In this document: piece after piece, positions 41,451 through 52,061 of the stretch | How positions within the stretch are numbered: the first letter of the stretch is position 1 | Layout of the letters: the number at the start of each line of letters is the position of its first letter | Assembly: GCA_964291675.2 (NCBI GenBank) | Contig: OZ219866.1 | Span: forward strand, 2,944,001-3,008,000 | DNA: 64,000 nucleotides | Source of the DNA: Alphaproteobacteria bacterium | Lineage (GTDB): Bacteria > Pseudomonadota > Alphaproteobacteria > MPNO01 | Direction: 5' to 3' | Position numbers and translations under genes: made by a program | Notes under the pieces: generated by a model | Told to the model about the DNA's origin: nothing | The model's input: only the letters and a program-made list of their open reading frames with translations | Database searches by the model: none

Positions 41451-42884
41451 TCAGCGCTTGCCGCCGAATCCCGCGCTCAAATCCGCGCGCAGCACGACAC
41501 CGCCCATGCCCTCATGGCCCGGACCGAAGAACGCGCCGGTCACCTCCCCTGCATCGCCGCCGGTCCGGATGAAGCCGTTGCCGCGCACCTCGATCGCGTA
41601 GCCCAGGCGGCCGTCGCGCCATGTCGTCCCGCTCCCCGCCGGTCCCGGCGCCGCGCCGGCGGGCCAGCGCTCCAGCGCGGAAAAATCCAGCGCGCCCGTC
41701 AGCGAGCCCAGATCCACGGCGAGGTCGGCCGCGCCGGCGACGGACTCCGCCCCCGGCGTGAGCCCCGCGAGGCGGCCGGACCAGCTTGCGCGGCCGGAGA
41801 GCGCCGCGTTGTCCCCGAGCGGCGACCCCGGCGCGGGCCCGGCCGCCCAGGGCTGCGCGAGCCCGTTGCGCAGCGCGGCGCCGAACGCCAACTCGCCGCC
41901 CGCGACGTCGATGGCGCCGCGGATATGCATCGAGACGTCCGACCAGGACCCGAGCGCCGCCGCGATACGGTCCGGCGGGGTCCCGGGCGGCAAGTGGCGA
42001 TAGACCGCGAGCAGCGCCTCGCGATCGAGGGGGTGGAGCACGTGCGGGGTCAACGCCTCGCTGCCGCCCGAAACCATCAGCGTTGCCGGGAACCGGTTCG
42101 GGTCCACATGGCCGCGACCGAGCAAATGGATCAGCTCGTGCGCGATCACGCCCAGCCTTTCCAGCCCCTCGGTTTGCGCCGGGTCGATCCAGACCCGGCC
42201 GGCGACGATATCGATCCGCCAGGGAGCTTCCGGGTCTCCCGTGGGCTCGAGCGCGTAGCGCGGCGCCGCGAGCCCGATATCCTCCCCGCCCGGCGGCGCC
42301 GCTCCGACAGGCCAATCCGCCTGCGGCGCGAACGCGACCAGGATTTCTCCCACCGCAGCCTCCATCGCCTCGCTGGGGACGAATTCGCCGCCGAACCGGA
42401 GCTGCCAGTCTTGCGGCAGGGCCGCGTTGATCGCCTGCACCACGCGGACCGTCTCGTCGAGCAGCGCCGGCGGCGTGCCTTCGGCGACGCGAACCGCCGG
42501 CGGCGCCGCCGCGAAGCGAAGGACGAGCCCGCCGGGGATGAACTGGTCGTCCGCGTCGGCCTCCTCGCCCGGGTCCAGATACCCAGCGGCGTCCGCCCGC
42601 AGATAGGCGACCAGCTCGGCCGCGCCGACGCCGTCGGCGATCGGTCCGTGCGAGACGCGGGCCTCGCCGTGACGGGCGACCCGCGGCAGCCCGTCGGCGG
42701 GCGCGGCGACGTCCGCCCCCACATGCACAAGACCGTCGAGCTTCACGGTCGGTGCCTGGCGCGCCTGGCCGGGCGTTTGCAGCGCGACGTTCGAAGGATC
42801 CCCGGCCGGCATCCGGGCGTCTTCGGCGCAGGCGGCCAGCATGGCCGCAACCCCCACGGCCAACCCGTTGCGCAAGAGCTTCAT
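41451..42884 (-). CDS. Surface lipoprotein: metzincin peptidase plus TbpB-like beta-barrel
   Basis: LAAC lipobox, HELIHLLGRGH then TLM Met-turn, C-terminal GEVTGAFFGPGHEGMGG...AGFGGKR. Confidence 0.75.
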   Translation of the reverse strand: MKLLRNGLAVGVAAMLAACAEDARMPAGDPSNVALQTPGQARQAPTVKLDGLVHVGADVAAPADGLPRVARHGEARVSHGPIADGVGAAELVAYLRADAAGYLDPGEEADADDQFIPGGLVLRFAAAPPAVRVAEGTPPALLDETVRVVQAINAALPQDWQLRFGGEFVPSEAMEAAVGEILVAFAPQADWPVGAAPPGGEDIGLAAPRYALEPTGDPEAPWRIDIVAGRVWIDPAQTEGLERLGVIAHELIHLLGRGHVDPNRFPATLMVSGGSEALTPHVLHPLDREALLAVYRHLPPGTPPDRIAAALGSWSDVSMHIRGAIDVAGGELAFGAALRNGLAQPWAAGPAPGSPLGDNAALSGRASWSGRLAGLTPGAESVAGAADLAVDLGSLTGALDFSALERWPAGAAPGPAGSGTTWRDGRLGYAIEVRGNGFIRTGGDAGEVTGAFFGPGHEGMGGVVLRADLSAGFGGKR

Positions 42885-43219
42885 GGCGTTTCTCCGTCGA
42901 CCCCCGCCGCGCCCGCGGCCGGCACCCCATGGTATCGCCCGGACACGCCCCGCCAATAGAGCCCGAAGGCCGGGGCCGGAAGTGCCGTTTGCCCAAAAAT
43001 CCATGCCGCGGCGGCATCGACCGGGCGAGGGCCGTCCAACCGGCAGCCGCGCCGCGCGCATCGCCGAGGCGATCTCCGGTCCCGCGACGGTCCGGGAGAA
43101 GGAGCACGTCGGCCACATGGCCGGATTCGACCCTGACGATGAGACGGGCGATGCCATCGCGGAGTTCCTGACGGGAGGCGCAAGCCGGAGTTTGGCCTCG
43201 GCGTTCGGCCGGCCCGGTG

Positions 43220-43591
43220 CAAAGGAAGTCTTGATACGCCTTGAAGACGGAGACGCGCTGGTCCCGCTGTCGTGGCACCTTGAGGTTCGCAACGGTCTCC
43301 TCGTCGCGATGCGGCGGGGGCGGACCCTCGGAACGTCTCGGTGTGCTGTCCGACCTGCCCATCCGGACCGACAGGCATGCAAACCTCGAAACCGCCTTCG
43401 CCCTGGCCGAGAGGCATGCGTTGTCGTTCTACGGCGCGGTCTATCTCGAGCTTGCGTGCCGCCACGAGGCGCCGCTCGCGACGTTCGACAACGCGCTTGC
43501 CCGGGCCGCCGCCGACGAGGGTCTGATCCCGGTCGGCGACAGGGGCTGCGGCGAGGTGGGGTGGCTGCAACAGCACGAGGACTTCGACTGA
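43220..43591 (+). pseudogene. PIN/VapC toxin remnant
   Basis: VPLSWHLEVRNGLL, frameshift near 43320, then LAERHALSFYGAVYLELA...LATFDNAL; N-terminal xxDxS strand missing and YDA changed to YGA. Confidence 0.8.
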
Positions 43592-43594
43592 CTG

Positions 43595-43935
43595 GATCAC
43601 CCCCGGACTCGTTCCGGGGGCCGGGCATGACGAGGGTGGGTGTGGGTGTTGGCGCTCCCCCCATGTCATGGCCGGACTTGTTCCGGCCACCCATGCGGCA
43701 CCCTCGCGCGCATGGCGGCCCGCCGGGAGAGGCGGCGGCGCCAGTGGGTGCCCGGATCAAGTCCGGGCATGACGGGAGGGGGTGTGGGTGTTGGCGCTTC
43801 CCCACCCCGTCATGGCCGGACTTGATCCGGCCATCCACGCGGCCTCTCCCCCGCATGACGGTCCGACGGGACGGGTGGCGGCGTCCATGGATGCCCGGAA
43901 CACTCCCGGACTCGTTCCGGGGGCCGGGCGTGACG
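43595..43935. repeat. Cluster of CGTC-type REP palindromes
   Basis: gtcatggccggacttg(a/t)tccggcca and tgcccggatcaagtccgggcatgacg in alternating orientation. Confidence 0.88.
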
Positions 43936-44037
43936 GAAGAAGTGTCGTTGGCGTCCCGCTCGTCAAGTAATGGTTATGAGCCGCTATCGAAGGACGGCCT
44001 GGACCGCGTCCGCGGTTCCATCTGAAACGGACAGGCC

Positions 44038-44820
44038 CTACTTCGCGTGCGACGGGCGCCAGCGGAAGGCGCGGTGCTCCAGCCTCGCGAACACGCCGTG
44101 TTCGAGGATCAGCATCAGGATCACGAACAGGATCACCCAGGCCAGCACCTGCTCCATGCTGAACTGCTCGAACCAGAAGAAGAACATGTAGCCGATGCCG
44201 AACTTGATGCCGAAGGTCTCGGCCAGCGCGACGATCTTCCAGGTCATGCCGAAGGAGAAGCGGAAGGCGGAGAAGATATAGGGCATGAGCTGCGGCAGAT
44301 AGACCTTGCGGATCAGCGCCCGGCGGTCGGCCTTGAACGACTTCGCCATGTCGATCAGCGACTTGTCCATCGCCTTGGCGCCCTCGAAGATGTTCACCGC
44401 CACGAAGGGCGTGACCACGCCGATCACCGCGACCAGGCTGCCGACCTCGTTGAAGCCGAACCACAGCACGGCGAGAAACACCATCAGGATGGTCGGCATG
44501 GTGAGCGCCAGCGGGATCAGCGCCAGCAGCGAGTGCTCGAAGACCTTGCGCAGCCCCATGGTGAGGCCGATGCCGATGCCGGCCAGCATGGCGGCGGCGA
44601 AGGTGACGAAGATCCGCGCGAGCGAGATTCCGATGTGAAAGAACGCGGTCTGCCCCTCGGGGCCGAGCGTCGCCAGGTTGGTGAGGATGGTGGCGCCGAT
44701 CAGCAGCGGGCCCGGCAGCACCGTCTCGTCGCCCATCAGCAGCGCGGTGATCCACCAGATGACGATCAGCGCGACGATGGAGCCCGCCCGCAGCCCGACC
44801 GCTTTCCACCTCGCGCTCAT
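44038..44820 (-). CDS. ABC transporter permease (NitT/TauT family)
   Basis: Multi-TM protein with EAA-like LIDMAKSFKA loop and WKIVALAE. Confidence 0.9.
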   Translation of the reverse strand: MSARWKAVGLRAGSIVALIVIWWITALLMGDETVLPGPLLIGATILTNLATLGPEGQTAFFHIGISLARIFVTFAAAMLAGIGIGLTMGLRKVFEHSLLALIPLALTMPTILMVFLAVLWFGFNEVGSLVAVIGVVTPFVAVNIFEGAKAMDKSLIDMAKSFKADRRALIRKVYLPQLMPYIFSAFRFSFGMTWKIVALAETFGIKFGIGYMFFFWFEQFSMEQVLAWVILFVILMLILEHGVFARLEHRAFRWRPSHAK

Positions 44821-44821
44821 G

Positions 44822-45650
<829 letters not shown>

Positions 45651-45661
<11 letters not shown>

Positions 45662-46424
45662 ATTTGTGCCTCCAGACGAATGTGCGCTTCTCCCACAGGC
45701 GGAAGATCAGCAGGTCGATCAGGGTCATGATGATCATGAAGCTGATGCCCCAGGCGAGCATCATGTCGACGCGGGTGTCCTCGAACCAGTAGATGAGCCG
45801 CTGGCCGACGCCGCTGGCGACGCCGAACGCCTCGCCGACCAGGACGATCTTCCACGACAGCGAGAGCGCGATCCTGAGCGCCGAGAACAGATAGGGCATG
45901 AGCTGCGGGATGATCACCTTGCGGATCACCAGCGAACGGTCCGCCCGGTAGACATGGGCCATGTCGATCAGCGCCTTCTCGACCGCCTTGGTGCCTTCCC
46001 ACACATTCATCGAGACGAAGGGGAAGACGATCAGCAGGACCGTCAGCAAGGGCGCGATCTCCGACAGGCCGAACCAGAGCACCGCGAGGAACGCCCAGCA
46101 GATCGCCGGGAAGGTCAGCAGCACCATGATCCAGCTGTCGAGGAACGCCTCCAGGTCGCGCCTGAGGCCCATCATCAGGCCGATCGCGGTGCCGATCAGC
46201 ATCGACAGCACCAGCCCCTGGAAGATCCGCGAGACCGTCTGCCAGACCACCAGATAGGTCTCGGCCTCGCCATAGACCTCGATCACCCGGTCGAGCAGCA
46301 CCAGCGGGCCCGGCAGGAAGACCGGCAGGAACAGGAGCGAGACCAGCTGCCAGAGGATCAAGGCGGCGACGACGGTCATCAGCCCGGGCAGGAAGCCGGG
46401 CCGGAACAGCTCCCATTCCCTCAT
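45651..46424 (-). CDS. ABC transporter permease (NitT/TauT family)
   Basis: Paralog of the other permease; WKIVLVGE. Confidence 0.9.
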
Positions 46425-46649
46425 GGCGCGCCTCCCGGGCCGGGGCGCGCTGCGCCGGGCCGCTCGGGCCGGCGTCGACGGGTTGCAGTCATGGGCGTCT
46501 CGCTGCCATGGGAACGCCGCAATATGGCACAGCGCGACCGGCGGGTGTAACCCCGCCGGTAGGCTCGCGAAATTGTGGGCGCGGTGTGGTCTTGAATGGC
46601 GCCAAGCGGCGGCCCATAGTCGGCGGGGCTCGACAGGGAGCGACAGGCG

Positions 46650-46910
46650 ATGGAACTGTCCCTGCGCGAGGCCAGGGCGCGGCTCTCCGAGCTCGTCGCC
46701 GCCGCGCGGGCGATCGTCACCCGGCACGGCGGCATCGACTTCGACAGGCTGGAGAAGACCCGCCGGCGCCTCGGGATCGAGGACGGGGACGGCTGGCCGG
46801 AGGCGTTCGACGATCCCGCCTTCAGCCGGCGCGTGCTCTGTCTCGACGACGAGTAGCCCGCCCGAAGATGCGCCTCAAGCTCAACGCCCGCCATCCCTCC
46901 GGCGCGCGCA
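46650..46910 (+). pseudogene. Internally deleted Phd antitoxin copy plus 45-nt vapC fragment
   Basis: ORF 46650-46856 matches 47079-47360 with in-frame deletions; 46866-46910 is 44/45 identical to 47494-47538. Confidence 0.8.
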
Positions 46911-47078
46911 GCTCCCAGCCCCTCATGGCGCGTCCCCCATGGCTCGGCGAACCCCGCACCATCGCACAGCGGGGCAGGCGATCCCCGACGGCGCTTTCGC
47001 GCAATTGTGATCACAACGTACGCTTGATTCGGAGCCTGCCGCAGCCGATAGTCCGACCACCGGATCGGGAGCGAGTCC

Positions 47079-47360
47079 ATGGAGCTTTCCTTGCGCGAGG
47101 CCAAGGCACGGCTTTCCGAACTCGTCAGCGCCGCGCGCAACGGCGAGCGGGTGGTCATCACCCGGCACGGCCGGCCGGCCGCCGAACTGGTGCGCTGCGA
47201 CCGGAGCGGCGGCATCGACTTCGACAAGCTGGAGGAAACCCGCCGGCGCCTCGGGATCGAGGACGCGCCGCCCGAAGAGGTTGCGGCGATGGAGGCCGCG
47301 TTCCACGATCCCGCGTTCAGCCGCCAGGCGCTCGGGCTGGAGGACGAAGAGGACGGCTGA
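47079..47360 (+). CDS. Phd/YefM family antitoxin
   Basis: LREAKARLSELV...GERVVITRHGRPAAEL. Confidence 0.9.
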   Translation: MELSLREAKARLSELVSAARNGERVVITRHGRPAAELVRCDRSGGIDFDKLEETRRRLGIEDAPPEEVAAMEAAFHDPAFSRQALGLEDEEDG

Positions 47361-47363
47361 CCG

Positions 47364-47759
47364 GTGCGCGTCCTCCTCGACACGACCTATCTCTACCGGC
47401 TGATGGAGGCGCTGGGGACGCTGCCCGCGGCAGACCGGGAATTCCTCGCCGCGAACGAGGCCCGGCTCTATGTCAGCGCGGTGTCGATCTGGGAGATGCG
47501 CCTCAAGTTCAACGCCCGCCATCCCTCCGGCGCGCGCAAGAGCCCGTTCGACCCCAATGACGCGATCGCCGCGCTCGAAGGCCAGGAGGTGACCTTCCTG
47601 CCGCTCACCATGGCGCATGCCGCGGCGGCGCTGGAGACGCCGCTCGAACACCGCGACCCGTTCGACGAGTTGCTGCTTGTCCAGGCCCAGGTCGAGGGCC
47701 TCAGCCTGCTCACCGCCGACCGCCGCCTCGCCGCCCACCCGCTGGCGGTCACGGCGTAG
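47364..47759 (+). CDS. vapC: VapC/PIN toxin
   Basis: VLLDT, SAVSIWE, HRDPFD, LLTAD. Confidence 0.92.
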   Translation: MRVLLDTTYLYRLMEALGTLPAADREFLAANEARLYVSAVSIWEMRLKFNARHPSGARKSPFDPNDAIAALEGQEVTFLPLTMAHAAAALETPLEHRDPFDELLLVQAQVEGLSLLTADRRLAAHPLAVTA

Positions 47760-47774
47760 GGCGGGCGACTGCAA

Positions 47775-47948
47775 ATGTCCGACCTGACGCGATCTTCCAT
47801 CCAGGCCGCCCGAACGACCGCCGAGGGCGAACGGCCCCGGATGCGGAGGCGAAACGACGATCTCCACGACTTTCTGGCCCGGGTAACGCCGGACAACCTT
47901 CATCCCGAGCAGGACACCGGCGAGCCCCGGGGCAACGAGGAATGGTAG
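47775..47948 (+). pseudogene. MazE-like antitoxin C-terminal remnant
   Basis: 57-aa ORF ending LHDFLARVTPDNLHPEQDTGEPRGNEEW resembles the MazE C-terminus; no AbrB domain. Confidence 0.7.
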
Positions 47949-47982
47949 CGGCCCAGGCGATCTTCCTAAACGTTCCCCCCTC

Positions 47983-48210
47983 CGTCATGGCCGGAATTGA
48001 TCCGGCCACCCATGCGCGGACTTGATCCGCGCAACCACTGGCGCCACCGGTACAACGCCCCGTCGGGAGGAGCGGCGGCGCCAGTGGATGCCCGGATCAA
48101 GTCCGGGCATGACGATGGGGGGAGGCATGGTGATGGGGCGGGAAACGCCGGGCGCGACGCGCGTCGAAGGCTAAACCGGACAGCAGTGGACTCGATCCGG
48201 CCATCCATGC
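47983..48210. repeat. REPIN-like element and REP half-site
   Basis: cgtcatggccgg...tgcccggatcaagtccgggcatgacg (47983-48114), then aaaccggacagcagtgg joined to a REP right half. Confidence 0.85.
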
Positions 48211-48265
48211 AGCCCCTCTGCCCGCACGGCAGTGGACCGGGGAGCGCAGACCCGTCGAAGTCGGC

Positions 48266-48295
48266 TTGACAATCTGTTCTTACAACTTGTAAATA
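48266..48295 (+). promoter_or_regulatory. Promoter with palindromic operator upstream of hicBA
   Basis: TTGACA at 48266; ttacaa-c-ttgtaa palindrome at 48280-48292 overlapping the -10 region. Confidence 0.6.
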
Positions 48296-48334
48296 TAGTC
48301 TCCGGGCCGCGCTGCGAAAAGACGGGGTTCCCGA

Positions 48335-48898
48335 ATGGCTGCACGGAGCGAACGCGGACCGGACAGCGGAGCGATCCATGCGGAGGTCCTCGCGGCTGCC
48401 CGACGTCTCTGCTCCCCGCCGGGCTGGAGCTTCAGGCTGATCGACGTGGTCCGCGACCTGCCCCATCTGAAGGAAGGCTCGGTCCGCACCCATATCGTCA
48501 GCCGGTGCTGCGTGAACGCGCCGGCCAACCATCCCCATCGCTGGCCGTATTTCCGCCGCGTGGGCCGGGGCCGCTACGAGCTCCTTCCGGCATTCCGCCC
48601 CTCCGAGATGGAGGAACCGCGCTCTCCCTTGGAGACCGCCGACGGGGATCGGCGGCACGCCCCGGCACCCGATTCGCGGTCCGCGATCCATGCGGTGATC
48701 TCCGAGAGCGAGGGGTGGTACGTGGCGGAATGCCTCGAAGTCGCCGTCGTCACCCAGGGCCGGTCGCTGGACGAGACCCTGGCGAACCTGCGCAGCGCGC
48801 TCGCGCTGCACCTCGACGACGAGGAGCTGGCGCGGGCCGGGCTGCAGCCGGCGCCGCGGCTCGTGGTCAACTACGAGACCGCCGCCGTCTCCCCCTGA
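48335..48898 (+). CDS. HicB-like antitoxin with an extra N-terminal (winged-helix-like) domain
   Basis: C-terminal SEGWYVAECLEVAVVTQGRSLDETLANLRSALAL HicB fold; N-terminal SVRTHIVSRCCVNAP...RVGRGRYEL. Confidence 0.8.
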   Translation: MAARSERGPDSGAIHAEVLAAARRLCSPPGWSFRLIDVVRDLPHLKEGSVRTHIVSRCCVNAPANHPHRWPYFRRVGRGRYELLPAFRPSEMEEPRSPLETADGDRRHAPAPDSRSAIHAVISESEGWYVAECLEVAVVTQGRSLDETLANLRSALALHLDDEELARAGLQPAPRLVVNYETAAVSP

Positions 48899-49143
48899 TG
48901 CCCCGCCTGAAGCGGCTGACATCGCGGGCCGTCGTGCGGATTTTCCGGCGCTTCGGGTTCGAGGTCGTCTCGACCCGGGGCAGCCACGCGAAGCTCGTCC
49001 GCATGACCGCGTCCGGCGAACGGCAGGTTCTTACCGTGCCCATGCACACAGAGCTCGCTCCCGGCACACTGCGCGCGATCTACCGCCAAGCGTCCCGTTT
49101 CGTCGCTTCCGCGGAGCTGCGGCGCGCGTTCTATTCCGAGTGA
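48898..49143 (+). CDS. hicA: HicA toxin
   Basis: GFEVVSTRGSHAKL...TVPMH...LAPGTLRAI; TGATG overlap with the upstream gene. Confidence 0.9.
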   Translation: MPRLKRLTSRAVVRIFRRFGFEVVSTRGSHAKLVRMTASGERQVLTVPMHTELAPGTLRAIYRQASRFVASAELRRAFYSE

Positions 49144-49153
49144 GTCCCCGCCC

Positions 49154-49648
49154 TCACCGCGTCGGCGCGCGGCTGAACTCGTTGTTGGCGGCGACGAGCG
49201 CCGCGAGGCTTCGCATCAGCCGGGCGCGGTCGGGCTCGCTCAGCGGCGCCACCAGGCGCTCCTGGGCGCGCAGCATGGCGGCCTCCATCCGCGCGGTCAG
49301 CGCCGCGCCGTCCGGCGTCAGATAGGCGAGGCGCACGCGCCGGTCCTCATCCCCCCGGCGGCGTTCGATCAGCCCGCGCTGGGCGAGGCGTTGCAGCACG
49401 TCGGCGACATTGGTGCGGTCGATCCCGGCGTCCCGCGCCAGCGTGATCTGGTCCCGCCCGGGCGCGATCGCGAGCGCCGTCAGCACCGCGTACTGCACCG
49501 GCGTCACGTCGAACCCGCGGCACTCTTCGAGGAACAGCGCGACATGGATCTGGTGCAGCCGGCGGATCAAAAACCCCGGCCGGTCCCACAGCCGCGCCTC
49601 GATCTCGGCTTCCGGCGCCGCCTGGCCGTCCTCCCGGCCTCCGCTCAT
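49154..49648 (-). CDS. MarR family regulator
   Basis: PGFLIRRLHQ, TPVQY, DRRVRLAYLT. Confidence 0.92.
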   Translation of the reverse strand: MSGGREDGQAAPEAEIEARLWDRPGFLIRRLHQIHVALFLEECRGFDVTPVQYAVLTALAIAPGRDQITLARDAGIDRTNVADVLQRLAQRGLIERRRGDEDRRVRLAYLTPDGAALTARMEAAMLRAQERLVAPLSEPDRARLMRSLAALVAANNEFSRAPTR

Positions 49649-50619
49649 CCCGCCGGACCGCCGAGCAGCAGCCCGTTATTGCCGCCCAGGATGCCGTCCC
49701 CCGCATCGCCGAGGGCGCGGATGCCGTCGACGAAGGCCCTGACGGCCGCGGGCTTGCGGATCTCCTGCGGGTAGTCGCTCGCGAACACGATGCGCTCGGC
49801 CGGAAGCTCGACCAGCGAGGTCGCGACCGAGCGCGCATCGCCGCAGAACCCGGCGGTGTCGAACACCATGCGCTCGGCGAGGTAATCGTCGAAGTCGCGC
49901 TCGGGATTGCGGCCGTGCCGGTCGTTGCCCGCCGTGCCCCAGAACGCGCGGTCCTGGTAGCTGCGGATGCGCCCCAGCACCGAGGCGATGCCGCCGCCGA
50001 GATGGGCCATCTGGACGGTGAGGTCCGGGTGGCGGTCGAACACGCCGCCATTGACCAGGCGGATCGTCGCCTGGATCAGCGAGAACTCGCGCCCGACCGC
50101 GCGGGCGAGGTCGTAGGCGTCGAACTGCCGCGCATGGGTGAGGCGGAGCGCCGGGTGGACGAAGACGTAGAGCCCGAGCCTGGACGCCTCGGCCCAGAAC
50201 GGGTCGAGCTCGGGCGCGTCGAGCCCGATGCCGTCGAACTCCGACGTGATGACCACGCCCGGGAAGCCGAGCTCGCCCGCGCAGCGCGCGAGCTCGCGCA
50301 TCGCCTCGGCTCCGCCCAGCGGGTGGGCGTGCGCGGTGCCGGCGAAGCGGCCGGGATAGGCGCGCTCCGCCGAGCTGGCGGCGTCGTTGCAGAGCCTCGA
50401 CTTCTCGATCCCGGCGCACATCCCCTCGGCGCAGGAGAGCATCGCGGTCCCGATGCCGGCCGCGTCCATCATCTCGACATGGGCGTCGAGGTCGACCAGC
50501 AGGTTGTGGAAGCTGTAGGACGGCACGCCGTTCTCGTCGTAGCGGGTGAACGGCGCGTCGCCTGCGCCGTCCGGCAGCAGCTCGCGCGGCAGGAAGTGGT
50601 GCTGGAAGTCGACGATCAT
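49645..50619 (-). CDS. Amidohydrolase_2 family (ACMSD-like)
   Basis: DFQHH, FVHP, AHLGG, FDTAG, FASDYP. Confidence 0.88.
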   Translation of the reverse strand: MIVDFQHHFLPRELLPDGAGDAPFTRYDENGVPSYSFHNLLVDLDAHVEMMDAAGIGTAMLSCAEGMCAGIEKSRLCNDAASSAERAYPGRFAGTAHAHPLGGAEAMRELARCAGELGFPGVVITSEFDGIGLDAPELDPFWAEASRLGLYVFVHPALRLTHARQFDAYDLARAVGREFSLIQATIRLVNGGVFDRHPDLTVQMAHLGGGIASVLGRIRSYQDRAFWGTAGNDRHGRNPERDFDDYLAERMVFDTAGFCGDARSVATSLVELPAERIVFASDYPQEIRKPAAVRAFVDGIRALGDAGDGILGGNNGLLLGGPAG

Positions 50620-51641
50620 TGCGGCACCGCCTCCAGCCCGACGATGCGCGCCGGGTTGAGCACCGAGACCCGGCGGATCTCGTCCTCGTCCAGCCCGAAC
50701 GCCGCCATGTAGCCGCGGATCAGGCGGATGCACTCGACCGAGTTGGGGAACAGCGGCTCGCCGGCATCCGACGACAGCGTGCAATGGGCCGGCCCCACTG
50801 CGCGGATCGCCTCGTACATCCGCGCCGGGTCGACGCCGAGCAGCGGCGACAGCTCGTCATAGGTGAAGTTGAGCGTAATCCCGGCGCCCGCCAGGCGCTT
50901 CATGTGCTCGATCTCGAGGTCGACGAAGGGGCTGAACGGGTGGTCGATCACCGCCTTCCCGAAGCCGAGCGCGGCGACCAGCTCGGCGAGGCGGTCGATC
51001 TCCCCATGGGTCGCGTGGCCGAAGAACAGCGCGATGCCGCGCTCGGCGCAGAGCCTCACGATATCCGCCACCTCGTCCTTCAGGCGTCCGTCCTCGCCCA
51101 GCAGGTAGTGGCCCTTCTCCAGCGCCTCCTCCCAGGGCAGCGGCTCGGAATGCGCCGCCGGGTCGGCGTCGGGGTCCCACCAGATCTCGCGCCCGCCCAC
51201 CTTGAAGTAGGTGTTGGCGTGGTTGAACACGGGCAGCCAGAGCGCGACCGCGCCCGAGGCGATCTGGTCCTCGCACCAGCGCCTGGTCGGCGCCGAGCCG
51301 TCGAACCCCATCAGCGCGCCGGCCCAGCACTCGACCGGCCGCACCCCCTCGGCGTCGGCCCATTCGGCGAGCGCGTCGCGGATGCGCCCCACCGCGTCGG
51401 CCGGGCGGGCGAAATCGGTGATGGTCTTGAACAGGATCCCCCGCATGCCCGAGCGCGAGGCGAATTTGGCGAGCGCCAGCGCGTCCTGCTGGCCGCCATG
51501 GGCGTGGCAGTGGATGTCGATCGCATCCGTCACGTTGGGCGCCTCGGGCGGGAAGAACACGCCCGGCGCATAGCCGCGCCGCGCCGGGTAGGAGGTGACG
51601 CAGCGCTCCTCGGTCGGGGTCGCGGGTGTGGTCCTCGCCAT
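50616..51641 (-). CDS. DUF6282-like metal-dependent TIM-barrel protein
   Basis: AIDIHCH, FGH, IDHP, LSSDAG. Confidence 0.75.
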   Translation of the reverse strand: MARTTPATPTEERCVTSYPARRGYAPGVFFPPEAPNVTDAIDIHCHAHGGQQDALALAKFASRSGMRGILFKTITDFARPADAVGRIRDALAEWADAEGVRPVECWAGALMGFDGSAPTRRWCEDQIASGAVALWLPVFNHANTYFKVGGREIWWDPDADPAAHSEPLPWEEALEKGHYLLGEDGRLKDEVADIVRLCAERGIALFFGHATHGEIDRLAELVAALGFGKAVIDHPFSPFVDLEIEHMKRLAGAGITLNFTYDELSPLLGVDPARMYEAIRAVGPAHCTLSSDAGEPLFPNSVECIRLIRGYMAAFGLDEDEIRRVSVLNPARIVGLEAVPQ

Positions 51642-51848
51642 CGCCTGTCCTCGGATAGGGGTGCCGGGGGCAGACTACATCAGAAGGGCGGGCGTTGGGA
51701 TCAGAAGGGCGGGCGTTGGGCAGGCGGGGCGGTTGTCGCTTCGGGCGGGGCGGGAATGCGCTCTCCCCACCGTCCCCACCCGCGCCGGCCTTGAACCGAG
51801 CGTCCGGTTTTCTTACGTTTCTTTTATCGATTGGAAAAGGTTACGACC

Positions 51849-52061
51849 ATGTCAAGGACAGCAACCCTGTCGTCCAAGTTCCAGATCTCGATCCCGAAGG
51901 CGGTGCGAACGGCTCGGCAATGGGAAGCCGGGCAGGTCTTCGCCTTCATCCCCAAGGGAACCGGCGTCCTCCTCGTTCCGGTCCCGGATCGCGACGCGCT
52001 CGCCGGCATCGCCGATGGCGCCGCGACGGACGGCTACCGCGATCGCTCGGATCGGCGCTGA
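51849..52061 (+). CDS. AbrB/MazE-type antitoxin
   Basis: TLSSKFQISIPKAVR motif; stop overlaps the toxin start. Confidence 0.9.
   Translation: MSRTATLSSKFQISIPKAVRTARQWEAGQVFAFIPKGTGVLLVPVPDRDALAGIADGAATDGYRDRSDRR

Noticed and set aside
43595-43935. REP clusters as CRISPR arrays or integron attC sites
   Set aside because: Alternating orientation, irregular spacing, no GTTRRRY boxes noticed and no integrase; they fit CGTC-type REPs.
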